A stretch of DNA of 62,719 bases, the filler included. It is 4 parts of 4 records of this genome, joined end to end, with 100 filler letters (N's around TTAATTAATTAA, not from the genome) between each part and the next. Parts side by side here need not be neighbours in the genome. Positions count along the whole stretch, not along the records: positions 17,021 to 40,611 come from SRR20825010_4236; positions 40,712 to 58,960 come from SRR20825010_4241; 2 more parts are not named here. One strand, given 5' to 3'. Made by a program: the position numbers and the translations under genes. The notes beneath the pieces are model-generated. The model worked only from the letters and a program-made list of their open reading frames with translations, was not told the origin of the DNA and ran no database searches. Position 1 is the stretch's first letter. Each line of letters starts with the position of its first letter. Below, piece by piece: positions 37,131 through 46,799 of this stretch.

Positions 37131-38790
37131 AAAAATACTCTCTGCCTGGCAGCGGCTAACCGGTTTGCTTTCCTTGGACAAAAAGGATATTCTTCAAATT
37201 TTTTACTACGCCATTTTTGCGGGACTGGTCAATCTTTCCCTGCCTTTGGGAATACAGGCCATTATCAACCTTATACAAGGGGCAAGGGTGAGTACCTCTT
37301 GGATAGTGTTGGTTGTACTTGTTACCATGGGGGTGGCCTTTGTTGGTGTTTTGCAGTTGATGCAGATCCGTATCATAGAGAACTTGCAGCAAAAGATTTT
37401 CACCAGATCATCGTTTGAGTTCGCCTACCGCTTTCCAAAAATCAAGATGAGTGAGCTTAGGTATTATTATCCTCCGGAGCTTGCCAATCGTTTTTTTGAT
37501 ACTCTTACTGTACAAAAATCCTTATCCAAAATATTGATAGATTTCCCGGCAGCTCTGCTACAGATAGTTTTTGGACTATTGTTGCTGTCGTTTTACCACC
37601 CTTTCTTTATTATCTATGGATTGTTGTTACTGGTCCTCATTTATATTGTGTTTAAATTTACTGCACAAAGGGGTTTGGACACCAGTTTGGAAGAATCCAA
37701 GATCAAATACAAAGTAGCCCATTGGGTTCAAGAAATCGCCCGTTCCATTATCAGCTTCAAACTTTCTGGTAAGACCTCCCATGCCCTTGAAAAGAACGAC
37801 ACGTTGGTAGATGACTATTTGGATGCGAGGGAAAGTCACTTTAGAGTGTTGGTATTGCAATTTATCCAGATGATAGGGTTCAAGGTTTTGGTTACCGCAG
37901 GGTTGCTTTTGATCGGGGGCCTCTTGGTGCTGGAACAGCAGATGAACATTGGTCAGTTTGTGGCGGCGGAAATCATTATTCTGTTGGTTATCAGTTCTGT
38001 GGAAAAATTGATTTTGGGTCTCGAGACATTTTATGACCTATTGACTTCTTTGGAAAAAATGGGGCAGGTCGTGGATAAGGAATTGGAACCACAAGAAGGG
38101 GAAACCCCGTTCAAAGAAAATGAGGGATTAACGGTGGAGCTGGAAGATATTGTGTACAAGGTGCCCGGATTGGATAAGAAAATAATAGACCACTTATCGC
38201 TCACTATAAAACCAGACACAAAATTGTTGATACAAGGAAAGAGTGGGTCGGGAAGGTCAACGTTATTAAGAATGATCGCCGGTATTCTAGAGCCGGATGA
38301 AGGCAAGATATATGTGAACAATGTAGCACTTAAAGGAATTAAATTGAGCCAGTATAGATCATATCTTGGTCATTCGTTGACGGAAGAATACCCCTTTGAA
38401 GGAACCTTATTGGACAATATTACCTTTGGTAACAAGGACATCTCTATGGAAGATGTGTATTGGGCCTTGGAAAAAGTAAGCCTATCAGAATTTGTGAAAG
38501 AGCAGCCGCAGGGGTTAAAAACCATTCTGTATCCTGAAGGAAAAAAATTCCCCGATTTTATCTCCAGAAAAATTGTTCTGGCACGAAGCATAGTGACCCG
38601 CCCCAAATTAATGGTGCTTAAAGATCCACTGGAGCAATATGATGAGGAAGGAACAGAGAAAATGATGGATTTCTTAACCGACCCTGCCAACGGATGGGCT
38701 TTGGTCGTTGTGAGCGAAAATCCCAAATGGGCAAAACGATGTAATCAGGTAATCCGAATGGAAAAAGGTAGATTGATCAACGTAAATTAA
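37120..38790 (+). CDS. Type I secretion-like ABC transporter (TM domain plus degenerate NBD)
   Basis: ABC membrane domain (GQFVAAEI); NBD with GKSGSGRST. Confidence 0.88.
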   Translation: MANKKILSAWQRLTGLLSLDKKDILQIFYYAIFAGLVNLSLPLGIQAIINLIQGARVSTSWIVLVVLVTMGVAFVGVLQLMQIRIIENLQQKIFTRSSFEFAYRFPKIKMSELRYYYPPELANRFFDTLTVQKSLSKILIDFPAALLQIVFGLLLLSFYHPFFIIYGLLLLVLIYIVFKFTAQRGLDTSLEESKIKYKVAHWVQEIARSIISFKLSGKTSHALEKNDTLVDDYLDARESHFRVLVLQFIQMIGFKVLVTAGLLLIGGLLVLEQQMNIGQFVAAEIIILLVISSVEKLILGLETFYDLLTSLEKMGQVVDKELEPQEGETPFKENEGLTVELEDIVYKVPGLDKKIIDHLSLTIKPDTKLLIQGKSGSGRSTLLRMIAGILEPDEGKIYVNNVALKGIKLSQYRSYLGHSLTEEYPFEGTLLDNITFGNKDISMEDVYWALEKVSLSEFVKEQPQGLKTILYPEGKKFPDFISRKIVLARSIVTRPKLMVLKDPLEQYDEEGTEKMMDFLTDPANGWALVVVSENPKWAKRCNQVIRMEKGRLINVN

Positions 38791-38795
38791 AGTTC

Positions 38796-40151
38796 ATGCT
38801 GAATATTTCTTCAAATAATAAACTGAACGAAAAGGTGGATCTTACCGGCTACGAGGCAGGTAAAAAAGTGTTCCATAAGAGGCATTACAAACAGTTTAAC
38901 CGCTTCTTGGCATCCTTTTCCATTATTGTTGTTTTTATGATGTTTCTGCCGTGGACCCAGAATATATCCGGTAGGGGGTATTTAACTACGCTAACTCCGG
39001 ACCAAAGGCCACAAACAATCCAGTCCCCAATACCCGGACGGATTGAAAAATGGTTTGTAAGAGAAGGTCAATATGTGGAAAAGGGAGATACTATTTTGCA
39101 TATTTCCGAGGTGAAGAGCGAATACTTTGACCCAGATTTGGTGGAGCGCACAGGCAAACAGATTATGGCAAAGAACATGTCCGTGACTTCTTATCAAGAA
39201 AAGGGGAAAGCCTTAAATCAGCAGATAAGAGCATTGAACCAAGAGCTCGGTTTAAAACTGGAACAAGCTAGGAACAAGTTGATGCAGTCAAAACTAAAGG
39301 TAAAGAGCGATAGTATAGACCTAGAAGCGGCCAAGACCAACATTTCGATTGCCCAAAGACAGTATGACCGAGTTGAAAAACTGCAGGATGAGGGGTTAAA
39401 GGCCGTTACCGATTTAGAAGAAAAGCGATTAAAATTGCAAGAGACACAGGCAAAGCTCATCAGCCAAGAAAATAAATTGTTGGCCAGTAAAAATGATGTG
39501 ATCAATGCCCAAGTGGAAATCAATCGGGTGCGGGCAGAGTACACCGATAAAATTTCGAAGGCACAGAGTGATCTATATACGGCACAATCCAATCAATTCG
39601 ATTCCGAAGCACAGGTCACCAAACTGGAGAACCAGTACACCAATTACGAAATGAGGAATGATATGATGTACATAAGAGCTCCTCAAAATGGATATATCAC
39701 TAAGGCCATCCAATCTGGAATAGGAGAGACTTTTAAAGAAGGAGCACAATTGGTCGGGATAATGCCCTCGGATTATGATATTGCCGTGGAAACTTTTGTG
39801 GACCCGATAGATCTTCCATTGATCCATGTGGACGAAAAGGTACGTATCCAATTTGATGGCTGGCCAGCCATTGTTTTTAGTGGATGGCCCAATGTTTCCT
39901 ATGGAACCTTTGGGGGGAAAGTGGTCGCTATTGAGAACTTTATCAGTCCCAATGGAAAATATCGTATACTGCTGGCCCCGGACGAGGAAGAAGCTCCCTG
40001 GCCCAAGGATATTCGGGTAGGCTCAGGAGCAAGTACCATGGCCCTGTTGGAAGATGTTCCCATTTGGTACGAACTATGGAGGCAGTTGAATGGCTTCCCA
40101 CCAAACTATTATCAACCTCAAAACACAAGTGCAGATGCCGCAAAGAAATAG
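38796..40151 (+). CDS. HlyD family membrane fusion protein
   Basis: TM helix, SP..GRI..W.V.EG..V.KGD, long coiled coil, IRAP..G. Confidence 0.92.
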   Translation: MLNISSNNKLNEKVDLTGYEAGKKVFHKRHYKQFNRFLASFSIIVVFMMFLPWTQNISGRGYLTTLTPDQRPQTIQSPIPGRIEKWFVREGQYVEKGDTILHISEVKSEYFDPDLVERTGKQIMAKNMSVTSYQEKGKALNQQIRALNQELGLKLEQARNKLMQSKLKVKSDSIDLEAAKTNISIAQRQYDRVEKLQDEGLKAVTDLEEKRLKLQETQAKLISQENKLLASKNDVINAQVEINRVRAEYTDKISKAQSDLYTAQSNQFDSEAQVTKLENQYTNYEMRNDMMYIRAPQNGYITKAIQSGIGETFKEGAQLVGIMPSDYDIAVETFVDPIDLPLIHVDEKVRIQFDGWPAIVFSGWPNVSYGTFGGKVVAIENFISPNGKYRILLAPDEEEAPWPKDIRVGSGASTMALLEDVPIWYELWRQLNGFPPNYYQPQNTSADAAKK

Positions 40152-40611
40152 AAGATTACTTTTATTTTGTACCCTCTTTTTCTTTACTGTAGGTTCTTTT
40201 TACGCTCAGCAAGATTCTTTGGTACTGGGATTTAAAGAGTATTTGGGCTATGTAAAAAAATATCATCCTGTAGCCAAGCAGGCCCAATTGAACATAGCCA
40301 TAGGGCAGGCCAATCTTATGAAGGCCAGAGGAGGGTTTGATCCCAAGGTCGAAGTAGATTACAATACCAAGGAGTTCAAGGATACCGAATACTGGGACCG
40401 CTTAAATGCCACCTTCAAGATACCTACCTGGTTTGGGATAGAGCTTAAAGGGAATTTTCAGCAGAATGAAGGATACTACCTTAATCCTGATGAAACCTTG
40501 CCCGATGATGGTCTGTACAGTGCCGGGGTATCCATGTCCGTTTTACAGGGGTTTTGGATAAACGAGCGTATGGCCACCCTAAGAAAGGCAAAGCTTTTTA
40601 GGGAGCAGACC
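40135..40611 (+). CDS. TolC family outer-membrane protein, 3' truncated
   Basis: Signal peptide, V...HP, ARG.FDP; follows hlyD. Confidence 0.82.
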
Positions 40612-40711
40612 NNNNNNNNNNNNNNNNNNNNNNNNNNNNNNNNNNNNNNNNNNNNTTAATTAATTAANNNNNNNNNNNNNNNNNNNNNNNNNNNNNNNNN
40701 NNNNNNNNNNN
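40612..40711. other. Artificial contig linker
   Basis: N44-TTAATTAATTAA-N44. Confidence 0.97.
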
Positions 40712-40867
40712 TTTGAAGTTGTTGCTGCAGCTCATTCGACGGGCCGCTTCACGAGCCGCTTGAACCGCGGGAAGAAGCAACCCAACTAGGACGCCAATGA
40801 TGGCGATGACAACCAGCAGTTCCACCAAAGTAAAACCGTGCTGGTTCGCGCGAGATGTATTGCGCAT
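40712..40867 (-). CDS. DUF1559 prepilin-type N-terminal cleavage protein (planctomycete), 3' truncated
   Basis: [40 protein letters not shown]. Confidence 0.93.
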
Positions 40868-41497
40868 GAGAACTCCATGAGATTGAAGAGAAGAAAAGAA
40901 ACCGTCTCAGGGTAGGGGTGAATGAGCCAAGTACACCGCGGGATTGCGGCCTGCGGAAATGAATTTGCGACATTCACCGCGGTGGGCCTGTGATGGTTCG
41001 AGCAAGGTCGTTTTCTCACGCTGCCCAACTGGCGAGGCATTGCGGAGAAACGCAGGTAGCCAAATTGAGTTCGTTGCCGACGACCCTGAGAGTACATCAT
41101 AGACGGGTAAGTTTGTGGTCCGGCACTCTTAGCGGCCGTTAGAGGTCTGTGGAGTTCCGTTATGCAAAATGAATAGGAAGATTGAACGATTGGAAATTCG
41201 CTGCAATGCGATCGCTTGGAGTCCGCGTGTCTCGGCGTATTGGGGGCTGTCGCTGGTATGGAATTGCGACACGCGGTGGAGGGGGCGGTGACGAAAAAAA
41301 ACATGTTGTTTTCTAGAGCCGTCCGGAGATCCGATGGTGACGTGTCTGCCCGTTAGGCTGTCCGTTTCGCTGCTGTCGGGCCGTTTGGTGAGGTTTGGGG
41401 GGATCTGAGAATCAGAGTTCTTTCGTGTTTTCACGCCGCAGTTGCGGTCAGGACTAGAGATTTGGTATCGCGAGAGGCTCCCTTTTGAGGTGCCCAA

Positions 41498-44095
41498 GTG
41501 GCTGATCCTGACGAATCCAAGAACGACAACCCCGCACCGGCGAGCAAGCGGTCCAAGACCACTGTGCTTTCGCTCGCGTTCGTGACGATGTTCACGATGG
41601 TGGGATTTGCATACATGTTTTCGATCGTGGCGGGCGGTCGAGAGATCGATGCGGTGCAAGCCATGAATTTGGCGTCCGCCCAATACGTGGCGGGCAACAT
41701 CGTGGTCGCTGGCGACCTCGCTGAGAGATCGGGGTTGGACCAGCTGAACGAAGACCACATGGAGCTGTACCCGATGCAGCAGTTCTTGATCGGTGCTGGC
41801 ACACACGCGAGGGCGAACCAAGCCGTCGCACCTCGGGATCGACATGAGCAAATGGAAAAGGCGTTGCCTTATCTGCAACGAGCTCACGACCTTGGCTTTC
41901 CGGAAGGCCGCGATTCGGAGGGGCATCGAATGTTGGGTGCGACCTTGCATGCGATGGGACGGCACGCACAGGCAGCGAAGCATTTGAAGCAGGCTGTTGA
42001 GATCGACTTGACGTTGCGAGCTGAGTTGTTGCCATTGCTGGCTCGATCACTCGCGTCTTCGATCACCGCTAAGCCGGACGAAGCGCTTCGAACGATTGTG
42101 GCCCATTTGGAAGAGTCGAGTTTGGACGCACGACGCCGAAGCGAAGCGGAGATCCTGCGAATTGAGTTGTTGAATCAGTTGAAGCGGTATGACGATTCGC
42201 TCCCCGTGATCGCTCGGGTCGAGGAAGACATCTCTAGCGAAGTAACATCTCAAATGCCATGGGCATTGCAACTTCGTGACCAGTTGAGTTTGCAGCGCGG
42301 GTTGGCACGAGTTGGTCGCGTGATTGAAGCGTTGCCACCGTCGATTTCGGCACAGTTGATTGCCGGCGTTCCCATCGTCGCCGGTCGTGAGCTGCCACCA
42401 GAAACGAAAGCCGAGCTGAATGACGTCATCAAGGTGCTGGACCAATTGCAACGCGAAGCGGATCCCAAGGTTGCGGGCAGTGCTCGTTTGTTGGTCGCTC
42501 AATCGTATTTGCTGCTTAACGATCCCGATCTTGCGTTGGCCCGCCTGACTCAAGCGAGGCAGCAGCGACCGTTTGATGATCGTGGTTTGGAAGGCGGTAT
42601 ATCAGAAATCGAGTTGCTGGCCAGTCGAGGCATGGGCGAAGACGTGGCCCAAACATCTCGTTACTTGGTGCGAGAGATTGGCCAAAGTCAGTTTTTGGAT
42701 TTCCCCGAAATCGTTCGAGAGAACGTCAAGCAAAGAATCATTGACGCCATCGCGATGCTGCGTGGTGCTGGCCAATTTGCGCCCGCGGTCGAAACCGCCA
42801 CGGTCACGTCCCCGGTGTTGGGTGTGGCGAGTTCACACAGCCAAGCCGGGATCGCTTACCGAGATTGGGGCGAGGCAACGTTGGCGGCTGGGTTGGGCCC
42901 AGGAGGCGAGTTGTCCAGAGATGCGTCGGTCTTGGCGCGGGAGCAGTTCCGCGGTGCGGGAGACGCGTTTGCGGCGGCTGCGAAGGAACAATTTGACACT
43001 GAGGAATACGTGCCGACGCTTTGGCTGGCGATCGAGTCGTATCAGAAGGGCCGGCACTTTTCGCGCAGTGCGATTTTGTTGGAAGATTACCTTCGATACG
43101 AAGAACGCGGTCGAATTCCGCGAGCTTTGGTGGCGCACGGGCGAGCTTTGCTTGCAGACGGAAATGCGAAAGGGGCGATCGATTCGTTGCAGACATGCAT
43201 CATCGAATACGACCGCGATCCGATGCGTTATGACGCTCGGCTGTTGGCTGCTCAAGCGGCGGCGGATCTGGGCGATCGCGAGCGAGCTCGCGAATGGTTG
43301 GAAGACAATCTCAGTGATGGTCAGTTGACTCCGCAAAGTCCGGCTTGGCGAGACTCGTTGCTGACGTTGGGCGAGATGTTGTTCGCGGAAAGTTTGTCAC
43401 AGACATTGAAGTCACGCGAGTTGAAGTGGAACGAGCGTGTGGAAGCATTGCGTTCGACTCGTCCGACATTGCAACTGGCGATGCGACGATTGGATGAAGC
43501 GGTGAAGCGGTACTGGCCCATGCCCCGAACACAAACCGCCGCGTACTCATTGGCCCGTGGGCATTTGTTGACGGCGGAATTGCCGGAGGTCGAGCTGGAG
43601 TCAACGGAGCTCCAGGACACGGCTCGTCGTGGGTTGAGCCAGAAAGCGAACGCGGGTCGGCAGGCGGCGTTGGATCAATTCGCGATGCTGTCCAGTTTTT
43701 TGCAGAACCAACAACGCGACAGCGACTTGAGTGACAAGCAGCGGGCACTGCTTCGTAATTCGTTGATTGGTCAAGCAGACACGCTTCGTGACATGGGGCG
43801 GTTCGCAGAAGCCGCGGACGCTTATCGTGACATGGCATTGCGTTACATGAACGAGCCAGCCTCCTTGGAAGCTTTTTTGGGGCAGTCGCAGATGATGCGA
43901 AAGATCGGTCGCGTTCGCGAAGCGGATCTGTTGATCCGCCAGGCAAACGTGGTGCTCGGAAGAATCGGAGCCCAGTGGGATGACGAATTCGACATGGTCA
44001 CGCGGTATGATCGCGCTGGGTGGGAACGCTATTTGGCCTGGATGGTCGAAAGGCTCGACCAAGGGGCACAGCTGACCAATCAAACGGCACCGTGA
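41498..44095 (+). CDS. Large membrane-anchored TPR-repeat protein
   Basis: N-terminal TM helix, helical TPR-like repeats throughout, GAGG RBS before the GTG. Confidence 0.82.
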   Translation: MADPDESKNDNPAPASKRSKTTVLSLAFVTMFTMVGFAYMFSIVAGGREIDAVQAMNLASAQYVAGNIVVAGDLAERSGLDQLNEDHMELYPMQQFLIGAGTHARANQAVAPRDRHEQMEKALPYLQRAHDLGFPEGRDSEGHRMLGATLHAMGRHAQAAKHLKQAVEIDLTLRAELLPLLARSLASSITAKPDEALRTIVAHLEESSLDARRRSEAEILRIELLNQLKRYDDSLPVIARVEEDISSEVTSQMPWALQLRDQLSLQRGLARVGRVIEALPPSISAQLIAGVPIVAGRELPPETKAELNDVIKVLDQLQREADPKVAGSARLLVAQSYLLLNDPDLALARLTQARQQRPFDDRGLEGGISEIELLASRGMGEDVAQTSRYLVREIGQSQFLDFPEIVRENVKQRIIDAIAMLRGAGQFAPAVETATVTSPVLGVASSHSQAGIAYRDWGEATLAAGLGPGGELSRDASVLAREQFRGAGDAFAAAAKEQFDTEEYVPTLWLAIESYQKGRHFSRSAILLEDYLRYEERGRIPRALVAHGRALLADGNAKGAIDSLQTCIIEYDRDPMRYDARLLAAQAAADLGDRERAREWLEDNLSDGQLTPQSPAWRDSLLTLGEMLFAESLSQTLKSRELKWNERVEALRSTRPTLQLAMRRLDEAVKRYWPMPRTQTAAYSLARGHLLTAELPEVELESTELQDTARRGLSQKANAGRQAALDQFAMLSSFLQNQQRDSDLSDKQRALLRNSLIGQADTLRDMGRFAEAADAYRDMALRYMNEPASLEAFLGQSQMMRKIGRVREADLLIRQANVVLGRIGAQWDDEFDMVTRYDRAGWERYLAWMVERLDQGAQLTNQTAP

Positions 44096-44228
44096 CGAAG
44101 CGTCACGATTGTGTGATGGAAGGTTGCGTTGACGTGCGATGGTCGCCGGGTGGATACTGCGGGTCGCTCAAGCGTGTATGCCGGTGGTCCGTTCTGATTG
44201 GGACCGTGACGCGAGCATCGATTCATCA

Positions 44229-44669
44229 ATGGATGGGAACGAGAACATGGAAGCGATCATCGATCGTCGATTCGAATTGTTGCAGTTGCTGTTGGAGTTA
44301 ACCGTTCAACAGGAGGCCGCGATTTCGGACGGGCACATGAACGAGCTGATGCGAGTGCTGAGTCAGAAGCAGCGTGCTGTGGAGCAATTGGTGCAGGCGT
44401 CGGAGCAGCTCAAGACCGAGCGGGCCCGATTGGGCGAGGCGCATCGTGTGTCGGAGGAACATCGGCAACGAAACGCGAAGTGCGATGAAATGCACCGCGA
44501 ATTGATGGCTCGTGAGCAGGCGAGCGAAGAGATGCTGACCAGCAGTCGCGATGAAGTAGCGGCTCAGTTGCAGCAGAACGATGGTTCGCGACGAGCCGCT
44601 CAAGGTTACGGTCAGCAGGCGAATCGTGGCGAGTCGTCTGGCGGTAGCAAATTGGATTTGTCGCAGTAG
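44229..44669 (+). CDS. FlgN-like flagellar export chaperone
   Basis: L..L...Q...I.......L......KQ coiled coil; C-terminal Y.......LD; start uncertain (44229 or 44247). Confidence 0.55.
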   Translation: MDGNENMEAIIDRRFELLQLLLELTVQQEAAISDGHMNELMRVLSQKQRAVEQLVQASEQLKTERARLGEAHRVSEEHRQRNAKCDEMHRELMAREQASEEMLTSSRDEVAAQLQQNDGSRRAAQGYGQQANRGESSGGSKLDLSQ

Positions 44670-44792
44670 CGAAACGCCGATCTGTATTGGGCAGAGGCGA
44701 GTTGCGATTGACTGGTTTGAGCGATGCTGGGTGAGAGTCTTGTTTACTGGGCCACTTTTTTACTGGGCCATTCGCGTTTGCGTCAGCGCATT

Positions 44793-44824
44793 AAAAAACC
44801 GCCATCAAGGGTCTCAATGGCGGT
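44793..44824 (-). terminator. Intrinsic terminator of the cold-shock gene
   Basis: ACCGCCAT/ATGGCGGT plus T-tract on the minus strand. Confidence 0.78.
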
Positions 44825-44852
44825 GTCAATTTTATCTTCGAGATCAAGCCGT

Positions 44853-45050
44853 TCAGGCAGGAGTCACGTTTTCGGCACAAGGTCCTTTGGGACCGCGACC
44901 TTCAGTGTAAGTGACTTTTTGACCTTCTTGCAGTTCGTCGTAACTCGCGCCTTCGACATTCGTGCAGTGGAAGAACAAGTCTTTCGGCCCTCCAGTGTCG
45001 ATGAAACCGAAGCCTTTGTCGGTGAGCCGTTTGATTGTACCTTCTGCCAT
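44853..45050 (-). CDS. Cold-shock protein
   Basis: KGFGFI RNP1, DLFFH RNP2, KGPCAENV. Confidence 0.95.
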   Translation of the reverse strand: MAEGTIKRLTDKGFGFIDTGGPKDLFFHCTNVEGASYDELQEGQKVTYTEGRGPKGPCAENVTPA

Positions 45051-45242
45051 TCTTCTAATTCCTTCGTGTAAACCGTGATGTTTCCCGCGCCGAGTGCGTG
45101 AGCTATACCACCACGAGGGGGACTATAACAGATTCCCGTTGGTTGTGGTGGGGTTCTAGTCTTCAGTTTTCACAGAAAAATTGAAAAGAGCTATTTTTAG
45201 CGGGGTTTATGGCCATTCTGGCGGCGGGGTAGGCCGAATCCG

Positions 45243-45770
45243 CTAGCGAATGTGAATCTTCTGCGACTGGATAGTGATCAGATTCACGCCTTCGTCGTAG
45301 CTGACCGTTCCTGAAACGGTGACCACGTCCCCTTTGGAGAGACCGGCCAACTTGTCCGCTCGGGTTGCTCGAACGGTTCCAGATTCGTCGACCAATTTCA
45401 CAACGGCTTTCGGCGCGTTGGCGAGTCGGCGTTTGCAGAACGGGCAGTTGTCCGCGTGATCAGGATCGCCGCCCGTGTGATCTTCGTCGGGCAGTTCGCT
45501 GAGCATGAACGTGGCTGAGTTCGGTTCAAAGGCTTCGAATTCACCCGCGTCGACTTTGCCGACTAAAGTGATTTCGTTGGGAGCTTCCGCTTCCTCGTCC
45601 GTGAACTGCTCTTTGACTTCGGTCAGCGACAACGGGTCGGACGGAGCTTCATTGAGGATCACCGTCGGATCGGTGTCCGTTGATGCGGTTTCGTTCGTGC
45701 CGGGTTCGCAGCCGACCGCGAATGCGAAGCAAGCGGTGCCGAGTGCGAGGCATTTCAGGCGAGAGATCAT
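45243..45770 (-). CDS. Hypothetical lipoprotein with H..DH..NCPFC motif
   Basis: Lipobox AVGC; OB-fold-like C-terminus. Confidence 0.75.
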   Translation of the reverse strand: MISRLKCLALGTACFAFAVGCEPGTNETASTDTDPTVILNEAPSDPLSLTEVKEQFTDEEAEAPNEITLVGKVDAGEFEAFEPNSATFMLSELPDEDHTGGDPDHADNCPFCKRRLANAPKAVVKLVDESGTVRATRADKLAGLSKGDVVTVSGTVSYDEGVNLITIQSQKIHIR

Positions 45771-46366
45771 TTCAGGCCTCCGAGCACTTTGATTGCGTCT
45801 TCGATGTCGCCGCTTACTTCGCTGAAGTCGGCACCTTCGTCACCGTGCAGTTTGGCATCGACCGAGCCGAATGCATCGAAAAGAGTGTCAATCGCGGCGA
45901 GTGCTTGTTTCTTTTTCTCGTCGCCCAGATCGCTCTCTTTTGCCAGCGTTTCGGTTTGTTCGAGCAGCGTTCCGATTTCGTGCAATTCGTTGTGGATCGA
46001 ATCAACGTCGTCATCAGCAAAGCCGCCTGCGATGGTCGACTGCATGCTGGTCAGTTTCTTGATCGCGTCGGCAAGCGTTTTGGGCGCGTTGGCTTTTTCG
46101 AGATGCACCAATGCGTCGGTGCTCAGTCCAGCGGCGGCCGCGTCAATGGTCTCGTTGCCGTGAGCGGCGTGGTCATGGCCTCCGTGATCATGACCCTCAT
46201 GATCGTGCCCGTCATGGTCGTGACCCTCGTGGCCGTCATGATCGTGATCGTCGTGGCTGTCGCTGGTTTCCGTGGTGGCAGCGTCGTCTGGAGCGCTGGA
46301 GGGCTGGCAGCCTGTGAAGGCGATCAGTGTCAAGGACAACAGTGTGAGAAGCGAGATTTTGGACAT
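45767..46366 (-). CDS. His-rich lipoprotein
   Basis: Lipobox FTGC; HDDHDHDGHEGHDHDGHDHEGHDHGGHDH; helical C-domain with H..LH and LHG. Confidence 0.8.
   Translation of the reverse strand: MSKISLLTLLSLTLIAFTGCQPSSAPDDAATTETSDSHDDHDHDGHEGHDHDGHDHEGHDHGGHDHAAHGNETIDAAAAGLSTDALVHLEKANAPKTLADAIKKLTSMQSTIAGGFADDDVDSIHNELHEIGTLLEQTETLAKESDLGDEKKKQALAAIDTLFDAFGSVDAKLHGDEGADFSEVSGDIEDAIKVLGGLK
46159..46256 (-). repeat. Degenerate ~15-bp coding repeat (GHDHx)
   Basis: Repeated His/Asp/Gly codons within the lipoprotein gene. Confidence 0.7.
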
Positions 46367-46799
46367 GGTGCCGCTTTCCGAAGTGGGGCAAATGAGGTGG
46401 CCGGAGCCGTTGGATGCGTCAACGAAGGGAAGTGCCTTCGAAGAAGTTTGCGTCGCGAATGGCTTGAGAGTGCGATTGCTACGCATCTTGGCATCGTAGC
46501 GTTCGGCCTGATTATGGGATCCAAAATTCGCGATGGAAAGTTTGGTCGCGGCGAATGGAAGAGGTGATGACCAAAGCCGCCTAGTTTGCCGTGTTTGCCT
46601 GGGCGTCCATTTGTCAGTGCAGAAATGCGGCTTGGCAGCGTTTGCTCGCCAAAAACGTTGGAATTGCAGGGCTGCACCCGGTTTGGGACGGGTTTCAAAA
46701 GCGGGCTCGATCCAAGCCGGACTGATTCCCTATACTTCCTGGCTCACTCAATTCGCGAGGACGCCTCGCCTTCGCTCCATTCATATCGCACGCACGCTG

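Noticed and set aside
40612-40711. Sharp GC jump suggesting a genomic island or HGT
   Set aside because: Coincides exactly with a contig linker; different organisms
40090-40867. ORFs running into Ns and ending at TTAATTAATTAA (also 59009-59243)
   Set aside because: The stops come from the artificial linker; these are truncated tolC, DUF1559 and icd genes, not short proteins or pseudogenes
41223-41276. 9-bp inverted repeat CCGCGTGTC/GACACGCGG
   Set aside because: Isolated GC-rich stem with no further support; too short for a MITE call
44743-44770. 12-bp direct repeat TTTACTGGGCCA x2
   Set aside because: Only two copies 4 nt apart between convergent genes; not a CRISPR array or a target-site duplication flanking an element
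46159-46256. Short tandem repeats as a possible CRISPR array or VNTR element
   Set aside because: In-frame His-rich coding repeat without spacers
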